A DNA stretch of 64,000 nucleotides from positions 35,464,001 through 35,528,000 of the forward strand of contig CM114271.1 in NCBI GenBank assembly GCA_050084515.1, in the 5' to 3' direction. Each line of letters starts with the position of its first letter. Positions within the stretch are counted from its first letter, which is position 1. Origin of the DNA: Blasia pusilla (Eukaryota). The notes under the pieces are model-generated. The model was not told where the DNA came from. It searched no databases and was given only the letters and a program-made list of their open reading frames with translations. The position numbers and the translations under genes were made by a program. Below, one piece after another: positions 49,995 to 64,000 of this stretch.

Positions 49995-50550
49995 ATGAAG
50001 ATTATGTTTTAGAATTGTTCTTGAATTTCTCATGGTTCCATTTTGGTTTATTCACGATTCCTACTCCAAATATGATATTCATGCTTCCTTCTCCTCGAAT
50101 ATGATATGGTGATTACATTTCATAGGTTTCTTTGGAATTGTTCTTGAACTTCTGATGGTTCCATCTTGGTTTATTCATGCTTCCTTCTCCTCGAATATGA
50201 TATGGTGATTACATTTCATAGGTTTCTTTGGAATTGTTCTTGAACTTCTGATGGTTCCATCTTGGTTTATTCACGCTTCCTACTCCTCAAATATGACATG
50301 ACTAGTGGGCAGCCATGCCATGCAGGTGAGTGCACAAAATCTTTTATTTGCTGCTCCTAGAAGAGAGAAAACATTTTTTTTTCCCATAGAATAAAAAATA
50401 TTTTCTTTTTGTCCCGCAAAGAGATGTTTGCATATAAAAAAGCCAATAGTAATATAGATGATTACATTTGAGAGGTTTCTATGGAACTGTTCTTGAACTT
50501 GTGATGGTTCCGATCTTTATTTATTCACGCTTCCCACTCCTCAAATATCA
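49995..50550. repeat. ~96-bp tandem repeat, about 4 copies
   Basis: Unit gattacatttcataggtttctttggaattgttcttgaacttctgatggttccatcttggtttattca.gcttcct.ctcctc.aatatga at 50111, 50207, 50460, plus a degenerate first copy. Confidence 0.92.
50302..50458 (-). mobile_element. Mini-Helitron (157 bp) inserted at A^T in the tandem repeat
   Basis: Same ends as 36380-36551; removal restores the repeat unit (..catga|tgattacattt) with no TSD. Confidence 0.78.
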
Positions 50551-53500
50551 TGATCTTTCATTTTGCGAATCATTCTCTTTTGTAAACTCTTTCCCGCTTG
50601 GCACTTGGACTAGCCTTCCATTTCAGAACCAATAAGATTCCTTCATTCAAAATTGACTTAAAAACACATTTTAAAAATTTCTATTATTAAAAGATTAATA
50701 TTACTGATGAAGGAAGTGGTTAGAATATCTTGAAAATTTAAACCCGTTGGAATGAAAAACTTGCCTCAAGTGAGAACTTCCATTCTTACAATTCTTATTA
50801 GTATACCTTACTAGTTAGGACCCATAAGGAAACCCTACGACGCACGATCCACTCCATGTTCCCGTAATGGGGTTACGCAACATAGCACCCCCTACCTGAA
50901 TGCCCATCAATGCAATACAAGTACATTGAGGGTTCAAAGGAACACAGGTATTGTCATTTGAAAATCACTCCTATGGTAATAATATAAATTCTCAAGTTTT
51001 GCTAATCCCAGCTCAGAAATGACTTTTATGTCCCCATATTTAGTAACCACTGGTATTAGTGGATAGCAGTGGATATAGGGATATGGTGGAACTCCCAGTA
51101 GCATCATATAGTAACTGCGCTAATCGTAGGGTTCCAGACTTGCGCTAATAGAAAGGTCCCATGTGTCTACAGCCAATCCTCTTCGTTTTGTTTTATTTTA
51201 TGGGGCTTTCCTAAAAATAAAATGCGCGTCTGCCAGTCCGACTGCACTTACCATTTCGATGCCTCAGACGTTCACCATCATTTTTATTTTTAGTTAGCAC
51301 AGATTCCCGAGCCACAGCCTCAGATCGATCGCACTCATTTGATTTGATTCGAAACTTTCAACTTCCAGTGCTTCCATCGAGGTTCGTGAATCATGGTGAG
51401 GTCGCATGAGGTCGAAGAGCTTCTCTGCTCATCTGCTCTTTGGTTGGTTTGTTGTGGCGGTCTCCGACCTAAAGCGTCGAGAATGGGAACACTCATCTGT
51501 TTTCACGCCACTCCAACCCAATTGCATATCTGCGAGAGTCGGACGGATCGGCAGACGATGCCATCCCCCTACCGTTGAGGTGCAGCTTCGTTTCGTTTCC
51601 CCTCGTCGATGGAGATCGAAGTAGAACCAAAACCGTCTGCCTTCGAATCTGGAGAGCAGTCAATCGAAATGGGTTAGTTACCCTTTGCTGATGGCACTTG
51701 TGTCCCGAGCGTTGGTATGACAATATGTTTCACTCTCGAGTTATTCGTCAGCTCTTGGAGCTGTCTCGAAGACTGGAGAGTTTCGATGGAGTAGTGATAG
51801 TACATGACTGAGGTTGTCTTGGGGTGGTTCCAGAGGTGATGGGTGTGGATATGGCGTCTTTGGGTTGTCCTCGCAATCTACCATGGTGAGGAGTGTGTGG
51901 TGGTAGAGGGGCTCAGCGGAAGTATGATTGAGGAAGCAATCGTGTCTGGGGAGTTGAGGTGTTGTTCACTGTTGCTGGTAATTTGAAGGCGAAGACACTC
52001 GTGAGCAAGCTCATCGAGTGTGGAAGAACTCTGCTTTCAGTCGTGAGTTGCTCACGTTTCTGATGGCGCAGAATGGAAACCGTCACAGAAGAAATATGTG
52101 GAACTGCTGATGATTGCTTCTAGACATCTGGAACTCATACTCACGAGTCACCATAATCTCAGGTGCTTAGAAAGCTGAGAGGAGCTGAAGGCTGAAGACC
52201 AGTTACCGAGTTCCTCGTCATCACCACCACCCCCCTTGAAGTGACTCTGTTGGCATCTGGTTCCACAGCCTCCCTATGGAGCCAGAAGGATGAGGAAGGA
52301 GCTGATGAATGCGGGAGATTTGCAGTGAGAAGAGTTGACAAGTCGAATAGTGTTGAAGCGAAGCAAATTGTCGTATCGAACTCTTTTTGTTACTTCAGTT
52401 GAGCAACTCAACTCTCCCTCTTCAACTCTCTCAACTCCCCCTCTCAATTCCATTTGTGGGGTAGCAGATCACCTCTGGAATCACAGGATACGATCTCTTT
52501 CTTTGGGCTTCCCGTGGACAATTCGTCATTCATTGGTGCCCTTGATCGGATCGTTGACCATAGCCTTTGTGATATTCAACTGACACCTCAATGTGCCGAA
52601 CACCATGATCTCAAGAGTGGTTGTTCCTCTCCCAGACCTTCTTAGAGAGGGGCTCAGTTTCAAAGGTGTCTGCTTCTCAAGTGTGTCAACAGAAATCGCT
52701 TTGAGGGGAGCTCGAAATCCAGGATGTTCGTGTCTTCTGGTGCTCTGAAGTCTGGGCAGGACGTGATTTTCTTCCCATTCTGAGGCTGCTTGAGGTCCTC
52801 GCAGATACAGTTCTGCTGCAGATGGATGGCGTGAAGCTATTTTCTGGTCGTGCTCCAGATATTCTTCGTGCAGATAAACTGGCTCCATACTCTTCTCATC
52901 CTCATCGACAAGAACTCTTTGTCCGTAAATAAACCCATGCACGCATTGAGCACACCCTAAGATTGAAGGTGGGCGGCTAATCAATGACCTGCAGCAGTAG
53001 AGTTGGTACTGCTCATAGTCTCACACGATAGTTTCAATTGCAGTCAGACCAATGTCTGCCATTCTCACTTCCGCCAAGTTCGGTCTCCCCCCAATAGAGT
53101 GCTTCCTACAGCAGTATTCAGCTTCCTCCCATTCTGTAGAGGGCGAAGAGATCAGTAAAACATGCGTGCAGATCATCCTTGTGCAGAATTTAAAGCAAAA
53201 GCAAGAATTGAGGGGTGTACCTTTCTTTCGCAGTTCTGTCTTTCGATTAATTTGAGTGTATGTAGTACCTCTGCCAATCCAGGTTACCTGGATTGGCAAA
53301 AGTTGACTATTGAAACCCTTTTCTTTAGAGGAAACCGACTGTTCATCAATTTGAAGTACAATCCAGGAAACAGGGATGGGCAACTTGGTTTCTGCAGTTA
53401 CTAAGAAGCAGTCGACTACATACGGAGGGAGTATGAAGACATGGTTGACTGGCATAGTAACCATGACTCTGGGTGCCGACTTCTGACTTGTAATGAGGTT

Positions 53501-54529
53501 TGATAAGAGCATACCTAGATCCCACCAAGAACAGTGGATGGGGAATTGGATCCTGGTGTCGACCCTGATGTGGAAATTAATGAAAGCCACGCCAGAAGAA
53601 AGCAAGCAAGTCGACGTGCCTCCGCAAGTGACTGCGATCTCGATATGCGGGAGCAACGACCAATCGAATGGGAATCAAACGCCACAGAGAAACAGTGCAG
53701 CAAGCTGATGCAATCAACAGTGCAACAACCTGATACAATCAACAGTGATCACAAGCTCCAATAGACCATAAGCGTAGAAACCCAGGGGATCCCAACCATA
53801 TCTGCCTCCTCCTCGCAGTCCCTGTCGGTTGGCGCCCTGAAAGCTTCACCTCAGATCTGAACAAATGTCGGATCCAAGAAGCCCAGGGCAGGATCGTCGG
53901 GGCAACCCATGTTGATGCGAGGTAGGCTGTGTTGATGGGTCGGGTTCCCTCTCTCTCTCGAGTGGTCGACACCAAAAATCAGTCATCCCACGACCTGATC
54001 ACGACCACCCACGAACCACCACGAAGTACAAAGCAGTGTACATGTGAGAAAACCCATCACACGAAGATGAAGACCAAGATCGAAGTACGAAGTAACGCCC
54101 AGCACACCACATAGGACTGACGATCACGTAAATTAAAACGACGAAGCCTGGACTGGCCAAGGCAAACCTTACAGAGCATGAAAGCAGAAGAAAAAGAAGA
54201 AGACGCTGAGGAAATGAGGAACAAGTAGGAGAGAAGGAGACTGAGATTGAAAGAAAGCAACGTGTGACCTGAACTGGCAGGGTGTTCCGATCCCATAACC
54301 ACAGATAAATCCAAGCTGCCAAAGAGAGACTTCGCATCCTTCTTCCCATTGATGCTGCCAGATGGATCCCGATCCCTGCTCGCTGGAATCGCCAACCACC
54401 GTTTTTCTCATCGTCCACTTCTGCTTTGTACACCCACTTCTCCGTAGAATCATACCATCGTTTCTTGCTTGCTTGCTCCTAAGAATCATTCTGGCATCCT
54501 CCATGGCTGCTTCGTTTGCAGGGAGCTTT

Positions 54530-55445
54530 CCTCTCAACCAACAGTTTGCGAATCTCTTTGTCACAAGAACAATCATCCAAAGTTTCTCGTCTTGCACTGG
54601 TCCCCATCCTTTGCTGCTGATTCGTTTGCTGAGAATGTTCGTCTCACCACAACAATCATCCAAATTTCGCTCCTGCCACTGATTTTGGCGCTGGCCTCCA
54701 TCCTCTGATGCTGCTCCCTTTGCTGAGAGCTTTCTTCTCACCACAACCATTCTCCAAATTGGGTTACCGCCACTGATTTCTGCACTGGCCTGGCCTCCAT
54801 CCCTGCTGCTGCTTCCTTTGCTGAGACCTTTCTTCTCACCACAACAATTTTCCAAATTTGGCTCCTGCCACTGGTTTTCTGCATTGCCCTCCATCCTCTG
54901 CTAGTGCTTCGTTTGCTGATAACTTTTTTCTCACCACTACAATTATCCAAATTCGCTCCTGCATCTCATACTGTAAACGTTTCAAATACCCCCTGAAGGA
55001 CCAAAGTCTGGTAGAATGTGATAACCAGTTTCTTCCGGTCCTCCATTACAAAATTCATTGTTATGGAAGTTATTTCAGAAGTTACTATACTACCTATGGT
55101 ACTAACAAGAACAATCATCCAAAGTTTCTCGTCTTGCACTGGTCCCCATCCTTTGCTGTTGATTCGTTTGCTGAGAATGTTCGTCTCACCACAACAATCA
55201 TCCAAATTTCGCTCCTGCCACTGATTTTTGCACTGGCCTCCATACTCTGCTGCCGCTTCCTTTGCTGAGAGCTTTTTTCTCACTACAACAATCATCCAAA
55301 TTCGCTCCTGCCACTGATTTCTGCACTGGCCTCGATCCTCTGCTGCAGCTTCCTTTGCTGAGAGGTTTCCTCTCATCTGGCAGTTTGCGAGCCTCTTGGT
55401 CAGCACATCAAGCATCCAAATTGAGCCCTTGCCACTGATTTCTTC
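54530..55445. repeat. Diverged ~93-98 bp minisatellite array
   Basis: Repeated caaatt.gctcctgccactgattt..gcactggcctccatcctctgctgc.gcttcctttgctgagagc.tt.ttctcaccacaacaatcatc; near-identical block at ~54565-54710 and ~55105-55250. Confidence 0.88.
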
Positions 55446-58400
55446 ACTGCCCCCCACTAAGCCCCATCCCTTTGGTCGCAGTCCGCGAACATTTCCGTCA
55501 CTAGAATATAATCCAAATCTCGCTCCTGCCACCAATCCATGCATCAAACTCATGGACTGCCTGTTTTCAATCCAAATCCCTCCTCAACTCCATCCTTCTT
55601 GCTTGTGCGAATGCTCCTGGGCTCTCCCACAGTTGCTTCGTATGCTGGGAACATTCACCTCAAGCAGCAGTCTGCGAAACTGTTTGTCACAAAAACATAA
55701 TCCAAATTTCGCTCCTGCCACCGATCTGTGGATCAAACTCATGCACTGACTGTTTTCAGTCCAAAGCTCCCCTGACCTCCATCCTTATTGACTGTGTGAA
55801 CCCTTCTGGCGTCTCCTGCTGTTGCTGCATTGGCGGACAGCTTTCCTCTCAGGCAGCAGTTTCGCTCCTGCTGCTGACGTTTGAGTCAAGCTCATGCACT
55901 GAAACTGTTTTCAATCCAAGTTCCTTCTCGTTTATGCAAATTCTTCCCAGATCTTCCCCCGCCGCTCCGATTGCTGACAACTTTCCTCTCACCTTTCGCT
56001 CATATGGCTGATGCTTGCGTCAACCTCATGCACTGACACTGTTCTCAATCAAAATTCCTAGGGCCTCTATCCTTCTCGCCTGAGCAAGTTCTTCCCAGAT
56101 CCTCTGCCTCAAGCAGCTGTTCTCAAGCTCAAGCTCAGCTCGCAACATAATAGCTCCAATTGCTGCCACTTTCCTCTCACCTTTGCTCATGCTGCTACAT
56201 GCGTCAACCTCATGCACTTCACACTGTTCTCAAGCTCAGCTCGCAACATAATAGTTCTCCTATATAGTATTTCTAGAACCTCTTGGAAGGGAAAAATATA
56301 TTCCAAGGAGAATGAGTTTGAGGAAAACTAGTTCTCTTTTGTTGAAACTCGTTCCAATATGTTTTTGGAATATATTTTTTCTCCCTTTTCTCCAAGTCCT
56401 CTTCTTAGTACCTCTAGCGTAGACTATGATAGTGGATCAAAGGGGGATTTCATCCGAACATAACAGAGAGTAGATTTTGCATAGAGTAGAAAGCTTATGC
56501 GAAATTGTTACCACCCTTCTAACCAAATGCTTGCGAACATAAAACATCAAAACTCTAGGTAGTTCACACTAGGATGAAAGGACGTCACATTCTCATGATC
56601 AAGACATGAGTCATGGAGGCGAAATGTGGTCCATAATTGGGCGTCTCAAATGATGATCAATATAGTTTGTAAGAGCTCGACCAATCGTAGGGTAGAACTT
56701 GAATAGAGTTTAAGTCTTACAAGAGTTGGACTCTAAGTAAATTACAACATAGTTTCGAATATACTTGAGCGCTTGGGCTCAAGGTTATAGGTTAGAATGG
56801 TTAGACCCAAGATGTGTTGGTGATAACGAACATGGCGTTGGGAAGCTTGTAAGGAGTTAGTTCTAAGGCATCAAAAATTTTGACAAAGGTTGAAGAAGAA
56901 TTAATGAAACAATTGATACAAGGTGGCTGAAAATTATTAACATGATATAATAATTGCTCCACTAGATGGTGAAGTAAGCTGTGTCACAAGATGAATTAAT
57001 TAATTAGATAACTGATTGTTGTGAACCCTTAAAGTCACTTGCAATTGGTAGGGAATAGCGATATATGGTAGAACCATTGTCTTGGGAACAGACAATGAAG
57101 AACTTATTCGTGTGTTCGATAAACATGATGAACTAAAAGGAGATCTCCTTGCATGTTATGGAAGAATCAGGAAGATGGATGTGATAATATATTAGTAGCC
57201 TTAGCTTGAACGTGATAGCACTCGCGCGTCTTCCTTGGTGTCCAACGAGATACGACGTTGAAGCTGACACGAAATTTTTGTGCTTAAGGGACGTAAGAGA
57301 TACAAAATTGTTGATGTGCTTGTATCTCATGCCATGTAAAGGTGATAGGACATAGTAGTCGTAGTTTAAGAGTGATTACATGTTCCACAACTCGTAGTCT
57401 ATATTACTTTCCTATATAGCATGAAAAGAAAAAAATGTAGTTGTATAGCAAGGCAGGCAAGTGGTGTTACAAAGTTCAGTTTTGTAACTTATTGGTAGCA
57501 CGTTATTGTAATGACTGAATTGGAAAAACTTCGTAATAAACAGGGGTGAAGATGAAGATATTCAATTTACATTGCATCTTTTCATACACAAAATAAAGAT
57601 TTGACAAAGTTGGCACAAACATAAATGAAGGGTAGTAATTCTTAAGAAATGTTTGTTGTCATTCGATCAGTCTTGTCAATGTTCTAGCATCAATAAAGGT
57701 TCAACTTGCTAATACCAAAAATCCAGTGTCGGGATCATGTTGAATTCCAAAAAGCACAAAGAACCATAAAGTTACTAAGGCATAGGAAACAACGAGTCGA
57801 GTTGCAACATGTGTGCAACGGTTGTATTTTCAAAGGGATAGATATTTGAAAATACTCGTTAAGGAGACGAACCTCGATATTAACTTTATCGAGTCTCTCG
57901 TGGAGAATAAGAGTTGAAGCAATGTTCTATGCTTGATCTTTGCCTACGTATTGGAAAACTTAGTGCAAAGTGTTGTTACGCATTTCAGATTTGTTTATCT
58001 ATTTATGCATCACCCCCATATTCTCAACTACGGCATTGAAAATAGATAGTGGAACCATGGTCGACGAGCCAACTTACCCTTGTAAATTTGGTGTACTCTT
58101 TTGTTTCTCATTGTATAGCTACTTGGGGCAAAAATTGAATGGGTATAACAATTCCCAAGTAGGCAAGCGATAGTCACTGGCTGTGGAATTGAGCTACTTG
58201 TTCTTCTGCGAATCAGAGAATACAATGGATGAGAAGCAAAATATTAAGCATAAAATAGTCACCATGAAAAGTGCATAATTAAGATCGTGGATGAAATGCA
58301 TGAATGAAAATGATGCCTTCATGAAAAGGCAGAGTGATATGAAAGAGGTGCAATGGTATTGTGGGCAGGACTGCACATGTAAAACTGCCTAACTAGGAAC

Positions 58401-58999
58401 AAAACCTCATAGAAGTGCCTACACATGCATGAAAGCAAAAACAAAATTTTAAACCAAGAAGACAATGAAAAAAGAAGCACAATATCTGCATATAACAAAA
58501 GTGTAATTGTTGATTTCTGAAATATAGTTTAACATCAACTAATATTATCTGGCATGAGTACATCTAGCACAATAGTTGGCTGCCCGCGCCGATCTAGATA
58601 TATAAATGGATACGTGTATGCACATAGCCAGCCCTTCACTACAATATAGGGATAGTAGGATGTAGTGAAATTTCTTATATTGAGGCTAATTGAAAAACTA
58701 GTGCATGGAAAAGTGTCGGCTGCGGATATAGATTTTAGCTATTCCTGTAAGAAATGATAGAGGTTGTGTCTATTCCTTAAACAAGCAAGAACACAAGCAT
58801 TACAAACAAAGAACAAAATTGTACAACAAATTGAGATCAGCGAAAAGTTGGGAATAGCAACAATGAAGGATGGCGTACTTGAGATACAGTTACTAAGTAC
58901 ACTTCCTCTTGTTGGGTGATCCTAGCAGAAGTGGTTCCTCGTATAAGGTACTATTTCTTTGTAGGTGGACCGAAAAAGAGCGGCTTACAAAGAAAATAT

Positions 59000-61100
59000 C
59001 ATTGTAGGATGTGGTTGCATGTACAAACTCAACTTTTGCACTACTATGTTGTTCAGAATCAGGTGTGTCGGAGATGAGAGGATGTGTCTTCTTACTATCA
59101 AAGTAGGGAATGAGAATACAATAGGTTTGGGAGTACATGTGTGCTTAATTAGTTCTCAAGATTTCTATAAGACTTAAATGAACTTCAAATTAGTGTGTAC
59201 ACTAAAAAGTACATGGTGAAAATGTGTTAACAACAAATGCATGTTTGCCTACGTAAGCAGCAGCTAGATCTGAAGGACAAGGGGAACCATACCAAGGTGG
59301 ATAAAAGCACAATAAGGCTACTATCGATAGGTAATGGGCCAACACACCTGATGAGTTGGGCCACTGGCCAACTACTCTTATACAATGTGAGCTACAATAA
59401 AGCAAATTTCATGTAAGTTATGAGAATTTCATGTAAGTTACTAAATTCTCAGAGATATCTATATGAGACAAGGCAAGGAGTGAGACAACTATGAACCTAA
59501 GAGAACATATCAGAAAATATTTTTATCAAGTGCAATAGGAAGCTTTTCAAGGTAGGCAACGACAAATGCAACACATACTAGAACACATATCTATTGGTAT
59601 CACAAAGAATTAGCACACTATACCGATGCACAAGAAAGGACCAATAGGGAGGTCAGACCTGTTGTAGATTGCTTGAGTGACAACCACCTTGTACTGGTAT
59701 AGTATCATGGGGCTTCCCCTAATGCATGCGTATTACAATCAATACTAGAGCTTGTGAAACATAGAATCCTAAGTGCCATAGTAAGCTCATCTATTACTTG
59801 CGAACTTGCTCCCTAATATGCACACAAAAATTGTAGAATTCAATTAGAACTGGTGCATAGAGAGTAGGTTTCCTGCTACGATAAAAATTGAGAAAGATGG
59901 ACTTAGAATTGTAGAATAAAAGGTCCAAGGATGTGAATCGGGCAACAACTCTAGGGTGTGCACTAAGGCGGGTCAACAATGTACTGAGTTTGAGAGATCT
60001 CACCTTGAGACAATGCTTATCGAGCACCAAAGGGTCGCAATAGAGATAGGAAAGGAATCCGCTTCCCCATGCCGTCAAGTGTAGCAGAGAAACTTAAGGC
60101 TGGGCATAGTTGAGCAACCAGTAACAACAAGTGGGAATTTTCCTTGCACATGCGGGAAGTTGCGCAACTACTCAACTATGTAGGTTGATGTCTAAGAACT
60201 TACCAATAGGAAGTGCCTTATGCCCTAAAGCTACATCTATTGATGTGTAGAGGATGAATGGGGACTAATTACCCATGCATGAAGCTTCACAAATATTGGA
60301 CGCTACTCGCTCATGTCTAAAAATTAATTCATGCACACCACTACAAGGCATTACCCGTAAGTAGCTATGTGCACAAATAAGGAATCTCGCCTCAAGAAGA
60401 ATGAAGTGGATAGACAAACTACTTCTATTTTTGGTATGTAATTGTAATCATTTCACGGTGCCTTGATTTGGGAGCGAGATTGGCTCAACTTGAGGCTACC
60501 CAAGTGAGGCAAGCCCATCAGACCTAAAAGTAAATTCCTGCAGCCAACCATGATTTCTTGTTGGTAGATAGCTATGAGAATAAGAGAAGAGAACCACCAA
60601 TTCACATATGAAATTAATCAAAAGATAAATAAAGAACATGTAACTCACGACCTAGTGCTTTCAAGTGGCTGCCACTATGGCATGCGCCTAGTGGTGGTGC
60701 ATTAGTTCCTATGGTGCATATAGCTCACTGTGCATAGCAATTGGCTATGCAAGGTTATCTCATCGCAATGCAAATAAAAGATCTTTGGAACACACCATAT
60801 AATGGTGAGCTTACATGCTATGTGCAACAAACATTGAGCAAAAAAAAAAAGATTCGATGGGAAGCAGAAACTACTCCTTTAGGAAAATTTTCTATTACGA
60901 CTACTCCAACTGGTTGATGAATCGCTCATTTGCATTCCACCAATGGGTTGCAACCCACTCATGTGTTGTGCTTGATAGTTCTTGGGCTCTTGAATCAAGA
61001 TATGAGTATGCGAGCTTCAAACATGCTACGCAGCCCAACGCATCCTAACTTCTACGGATGTCCTCTTCACCCATTGAACGAATGAGAGAAGTGACACGTC
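59000..61100 (+). mobile_element. Very decayed LTR-retrotransposon pol remnant
   Basis: ~60370-60430 reads QIRNLASRRMKWIDKLLLF, like the end of gypsy RNase H; otherwise no long ORFs. Boundaries are approximate. Confidence 0.3.
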
Positions 61101-63249
61101 CTCTTAATACCTCGTGGATACCTTCACCTCCTTCTACACTTGGGAGCGGCGTGCCATCACAAACTTCTGGAATTCACTTTAAGCACTCTTAGTAGGGATC
61201 GTAACTAGCTTGGAAATGTTGAAATGGTAGTTTGGATTGAGGATCACAAGCAGAGGCCTAAGAGGGGATTCTTTGGATGAAGGAGATTTGAATTTCTCTA
61301 GAACTATATAAGAAGGAGACAATCTTTAAGGGAGTTTGGAACTTGAACTCCACATTGGGAACCTTAAGGGTTGAACCAAGAGCACAAGATAGATCAAGAG
61401 GTTGATATTGGAGTTTTGACACCAAGCCAAGTCTAGCTAAGTAGTGTAGTTTTCGACACTAACCTTCGATCTTGATCGGGAAGCACAAATGTTGAGTTTC
61501 AATTAGAGACTTATTAAAGGTCCATTGAGTAGTTGGGACCACCAAGTGCACCAACACTATTTTAGATTCTTAGACTATGAAGGAAGTGTGTCCCAAATCT
61601 TGATTTACTTACCTATGTTGGGGAATAATGAGTTATGTCAAGAGTTGAGTTTTCTTGGTGCTATTGAATTTGAGGAGTGACCCAAGATCTAGACTTGAAA
61701 GACGCAAGGTTGGTTGACCCAAAGTATGGATAATGTGAGTGTATTTAGTTGTAGATGAGTAAGGCGAATGCTGAAGGAAGCAAGTGCGTAACATAAAAAG
61801 TAAAATTTTAAAAATAACTTTGAAGGAGCCCAAAACAAGATTACCTTGCACACTAAGGTTATGATCGTGATACTAGCATGTTATCATTAACCTATAGGAA
61901 CAAACGTTTGATTTTAGGCATATCACGTGAATACTCTATTTTTTAATTAACATTTTATGGATGTGTCACAACAAATTTTTTAGTATAATCCATTTTCATA
62001 CAGTCAACACTAGGATTGATTTTAAAAATATAAAATTTAAATATTTAACATTAAAATATCTTAATGAAAGGGTAAGGAAAAAGGCCGTTATTTTTCAAAA
62101 CAAGATTAGAAAAAGAAGAAAACGACGTAAAATACCCACATGTTGATGTATCGGGGGCTTTTCTATTATGGGACCGGGAATTAGAATCCAAGATTTTGCT
62201 GTGGTAATATGCTGTTTTACAATATATATTTGTAAGAAAATGGATATTTTCTCACTTTTTGGTCCCTTGGATGAGCGAAGGACATGGCGGATCTAGAATT
62301 GATGCCTTCTTTGTTCTCTGGTCCAGAGAGGTGCTGAATGTACGTTTGACACGTGTCAAACAAGCGAGTGGGCTGGCCCACAGGCGTTCAGCTGGAGCGA
62401 GAACCGTCACCGTCGAGAAGGCGCATTCTTTCTGGTCTCTCTCAGTTTCTTTCTATTATTCTAGGACAGACTCTCGACGGCGAATATCCTCCGTCGCGCG
62501 GCATCCGGCGGCGGCGGAGGCCGCGTCACAACAGCAACTGAGAGCGACGGCCGTCTGCCGACGGACGGCTCCCGACGGTTTACACACTCTCGCTGCTATG
62601 ACACTCTGCACGAGCCACCTCCTGTTGGCGCCGAAGTCATATTCAACCGAGGGCTATATGGGATGCTTAAGGTCCCTGCCTCTGTTGCGCTCACCCGTAG
62701 CAGCTCTTTACGGCGATTGCCACAAGAATGAAGGGTCGCCCGGTTTTGTAATTGGCTCTGCCCCTTTCTGAAAATGGAGCCCAACTAGACCTACATGGTC
62801 GGGTCAAAGCTCGGCCCTAGAGCTTTGCAGAGTGACCATCCTTGTAGGATCACATTCACAAGAAATCCAAAATGTAAGGGCGAATCCTTGGCCGCTTTTG
62901 TTAATCATTCACGAGAGGAGATCATACGTGTCGACGCCGAGATGGGAGAAATTTTGCTCTCAAGCTCTTCAACCATGCAGTCCTACGCGTCCGCGTGGTC
63001 GACGACAAATAGCAAAGCTCGAAACCTCGTTTACTCTACCGGCTAAGAAGTATGCACAATATCTACCATACCTTGCACCACTTAACTTTATCACGACGAT
63101 GCGGTTTCGTCTTGTCCTCCCCCAATTATACGTGGTTGGTTCTACACATGGTGAGTGTCGTCGAATCTAGGATTCTCATGGTGTGCATCTAACATGATGT
63201 CTTGTTGGGGTGAGAGGATGGCCACTCATCACTCCATGGGAGATAGCAA

Positions 63250-63640
63250 GTTTCATATTGCTTGTAAGAACAAGTTCCATATATAGAGAAAATTAAACTA
63301 CTCCATTTGCACGAGCTATATACAACGGATGAGTGTGATGTGATGGTGGTCGACGTGGTAGCTAGAGATCCTCTATGAGGGTTAGTTCGGGCACATGTGG
63401 TTGCACAAGAAAGATTGCTACAAGGAGGGGAGGCGGCATCATGGAAGAAGACTCAACTTTATAAAGTCTTCTTCACAAAAGGGATTGCTTCGCTCCATTA
63501 CCTATTGAGATGTGTGGAGTGATGGGCTCTAGGTTGACATTTTCTTTATTGAGTGAGCCCTCTTCTCTACTTTAAAAATATGTTGTCATTGCTATTCCGC
63601 TTTTTAACAATGGGTCTCCGTTGTTGTGCAACGTGCCCAT
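63250..63640 (+). mobile_element. CRE/RLE-type non-LTR retrotransposon 3' fragment
   Basis: VMVVDVVARDPL..EAASWKKTQLY..DCFAPLPIEMCGVMG matches the RLE-domain pattern seen at 26900/34050. Confidence 0.55.
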
Positions 63641-64000
63641 GCCAATGGGATTCTTGACATGCATAGGTGATGGGAGATGCCATTGCTAGAGCCCTTCTTG
63701 ATGGTAGCTATGTGTCTTTACCCATCCCTCATACTATTTCTACGGTTAATGAGGTTAGATTTTAAGGGATTCGTGTCTTCTTCTTTTTTTAAACCTGGTG
63801 TGGGTGAGCCATGTCTTATTTGCCCATGCAATTGCATGAGCGCAAGGCGTAATTATAAGTTAAAAAAACTACCACCATCTACTGAAAAAACCCACAAAAA
63901 ATCCTCTCCGAAAGTTTATAGATTGGGCTTTCAGTACTACAAGACCTATCAAAGCTCACCCACCTTATCATCTCCATCATCTATCTTCTATATCTATGGA

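Noticed and set aside
52526-53656. Minus-strand ORFs of 152 and 211 aa
   Set aside because: No recognisable domain, separated by a stop, and part reads like intron sequence; not supportable as a CDS.
49995-55445. CRISPR-like arrays at ~50.0-50.5 kb and 54.5-55.4 kb
   Set aside because: Whole-unit tandem repeats without unique spacers; eukaryotic context and no cas genes.
62259-63170. GC-rich region with ORFs of 170, 83 and 112 aa
   Set aside because: Gene-like composition but no consistent frame or homology recognisable by eye.

Overview
Eukaryotic nuclear DNA, TE-rich, most likely from a liverwort (inferred from a mitochondrial rps19-rps3 insertion whose translation closely resembles the Marchantia-type proteins as I recall them). 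Three host genes are supported: a DTW-domain tRNA acp3U transferase-like gene running off the left edge (minus strand, missed by the ORF track), a two-exon sphingoid base C4-hydroxylase (SBH), and a two-exon gene for an unknown, probably plastid-targeted, single-pass membrane protein. Most of the rest is nested, decayed mobile DNA. One Ty3/gypsy lineage makes 4-bp TSDs; one copy ends its integrase in a PHD finger and another carries a fragment of a C5-cytosine DNA methyltransferase, suggesting a retrotransposon with both a chromatin reader and a writer. A chromovirus with a 5-bp TSD contains an inverted solo LTR, a NUMT and a foreign LTR fragment. There are also CRE-like RLE non-LTR fragments, mini-Helitrons, long (AG)n tracts and several tandem duplications. 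All calls are from manual reading; no database searches were run.
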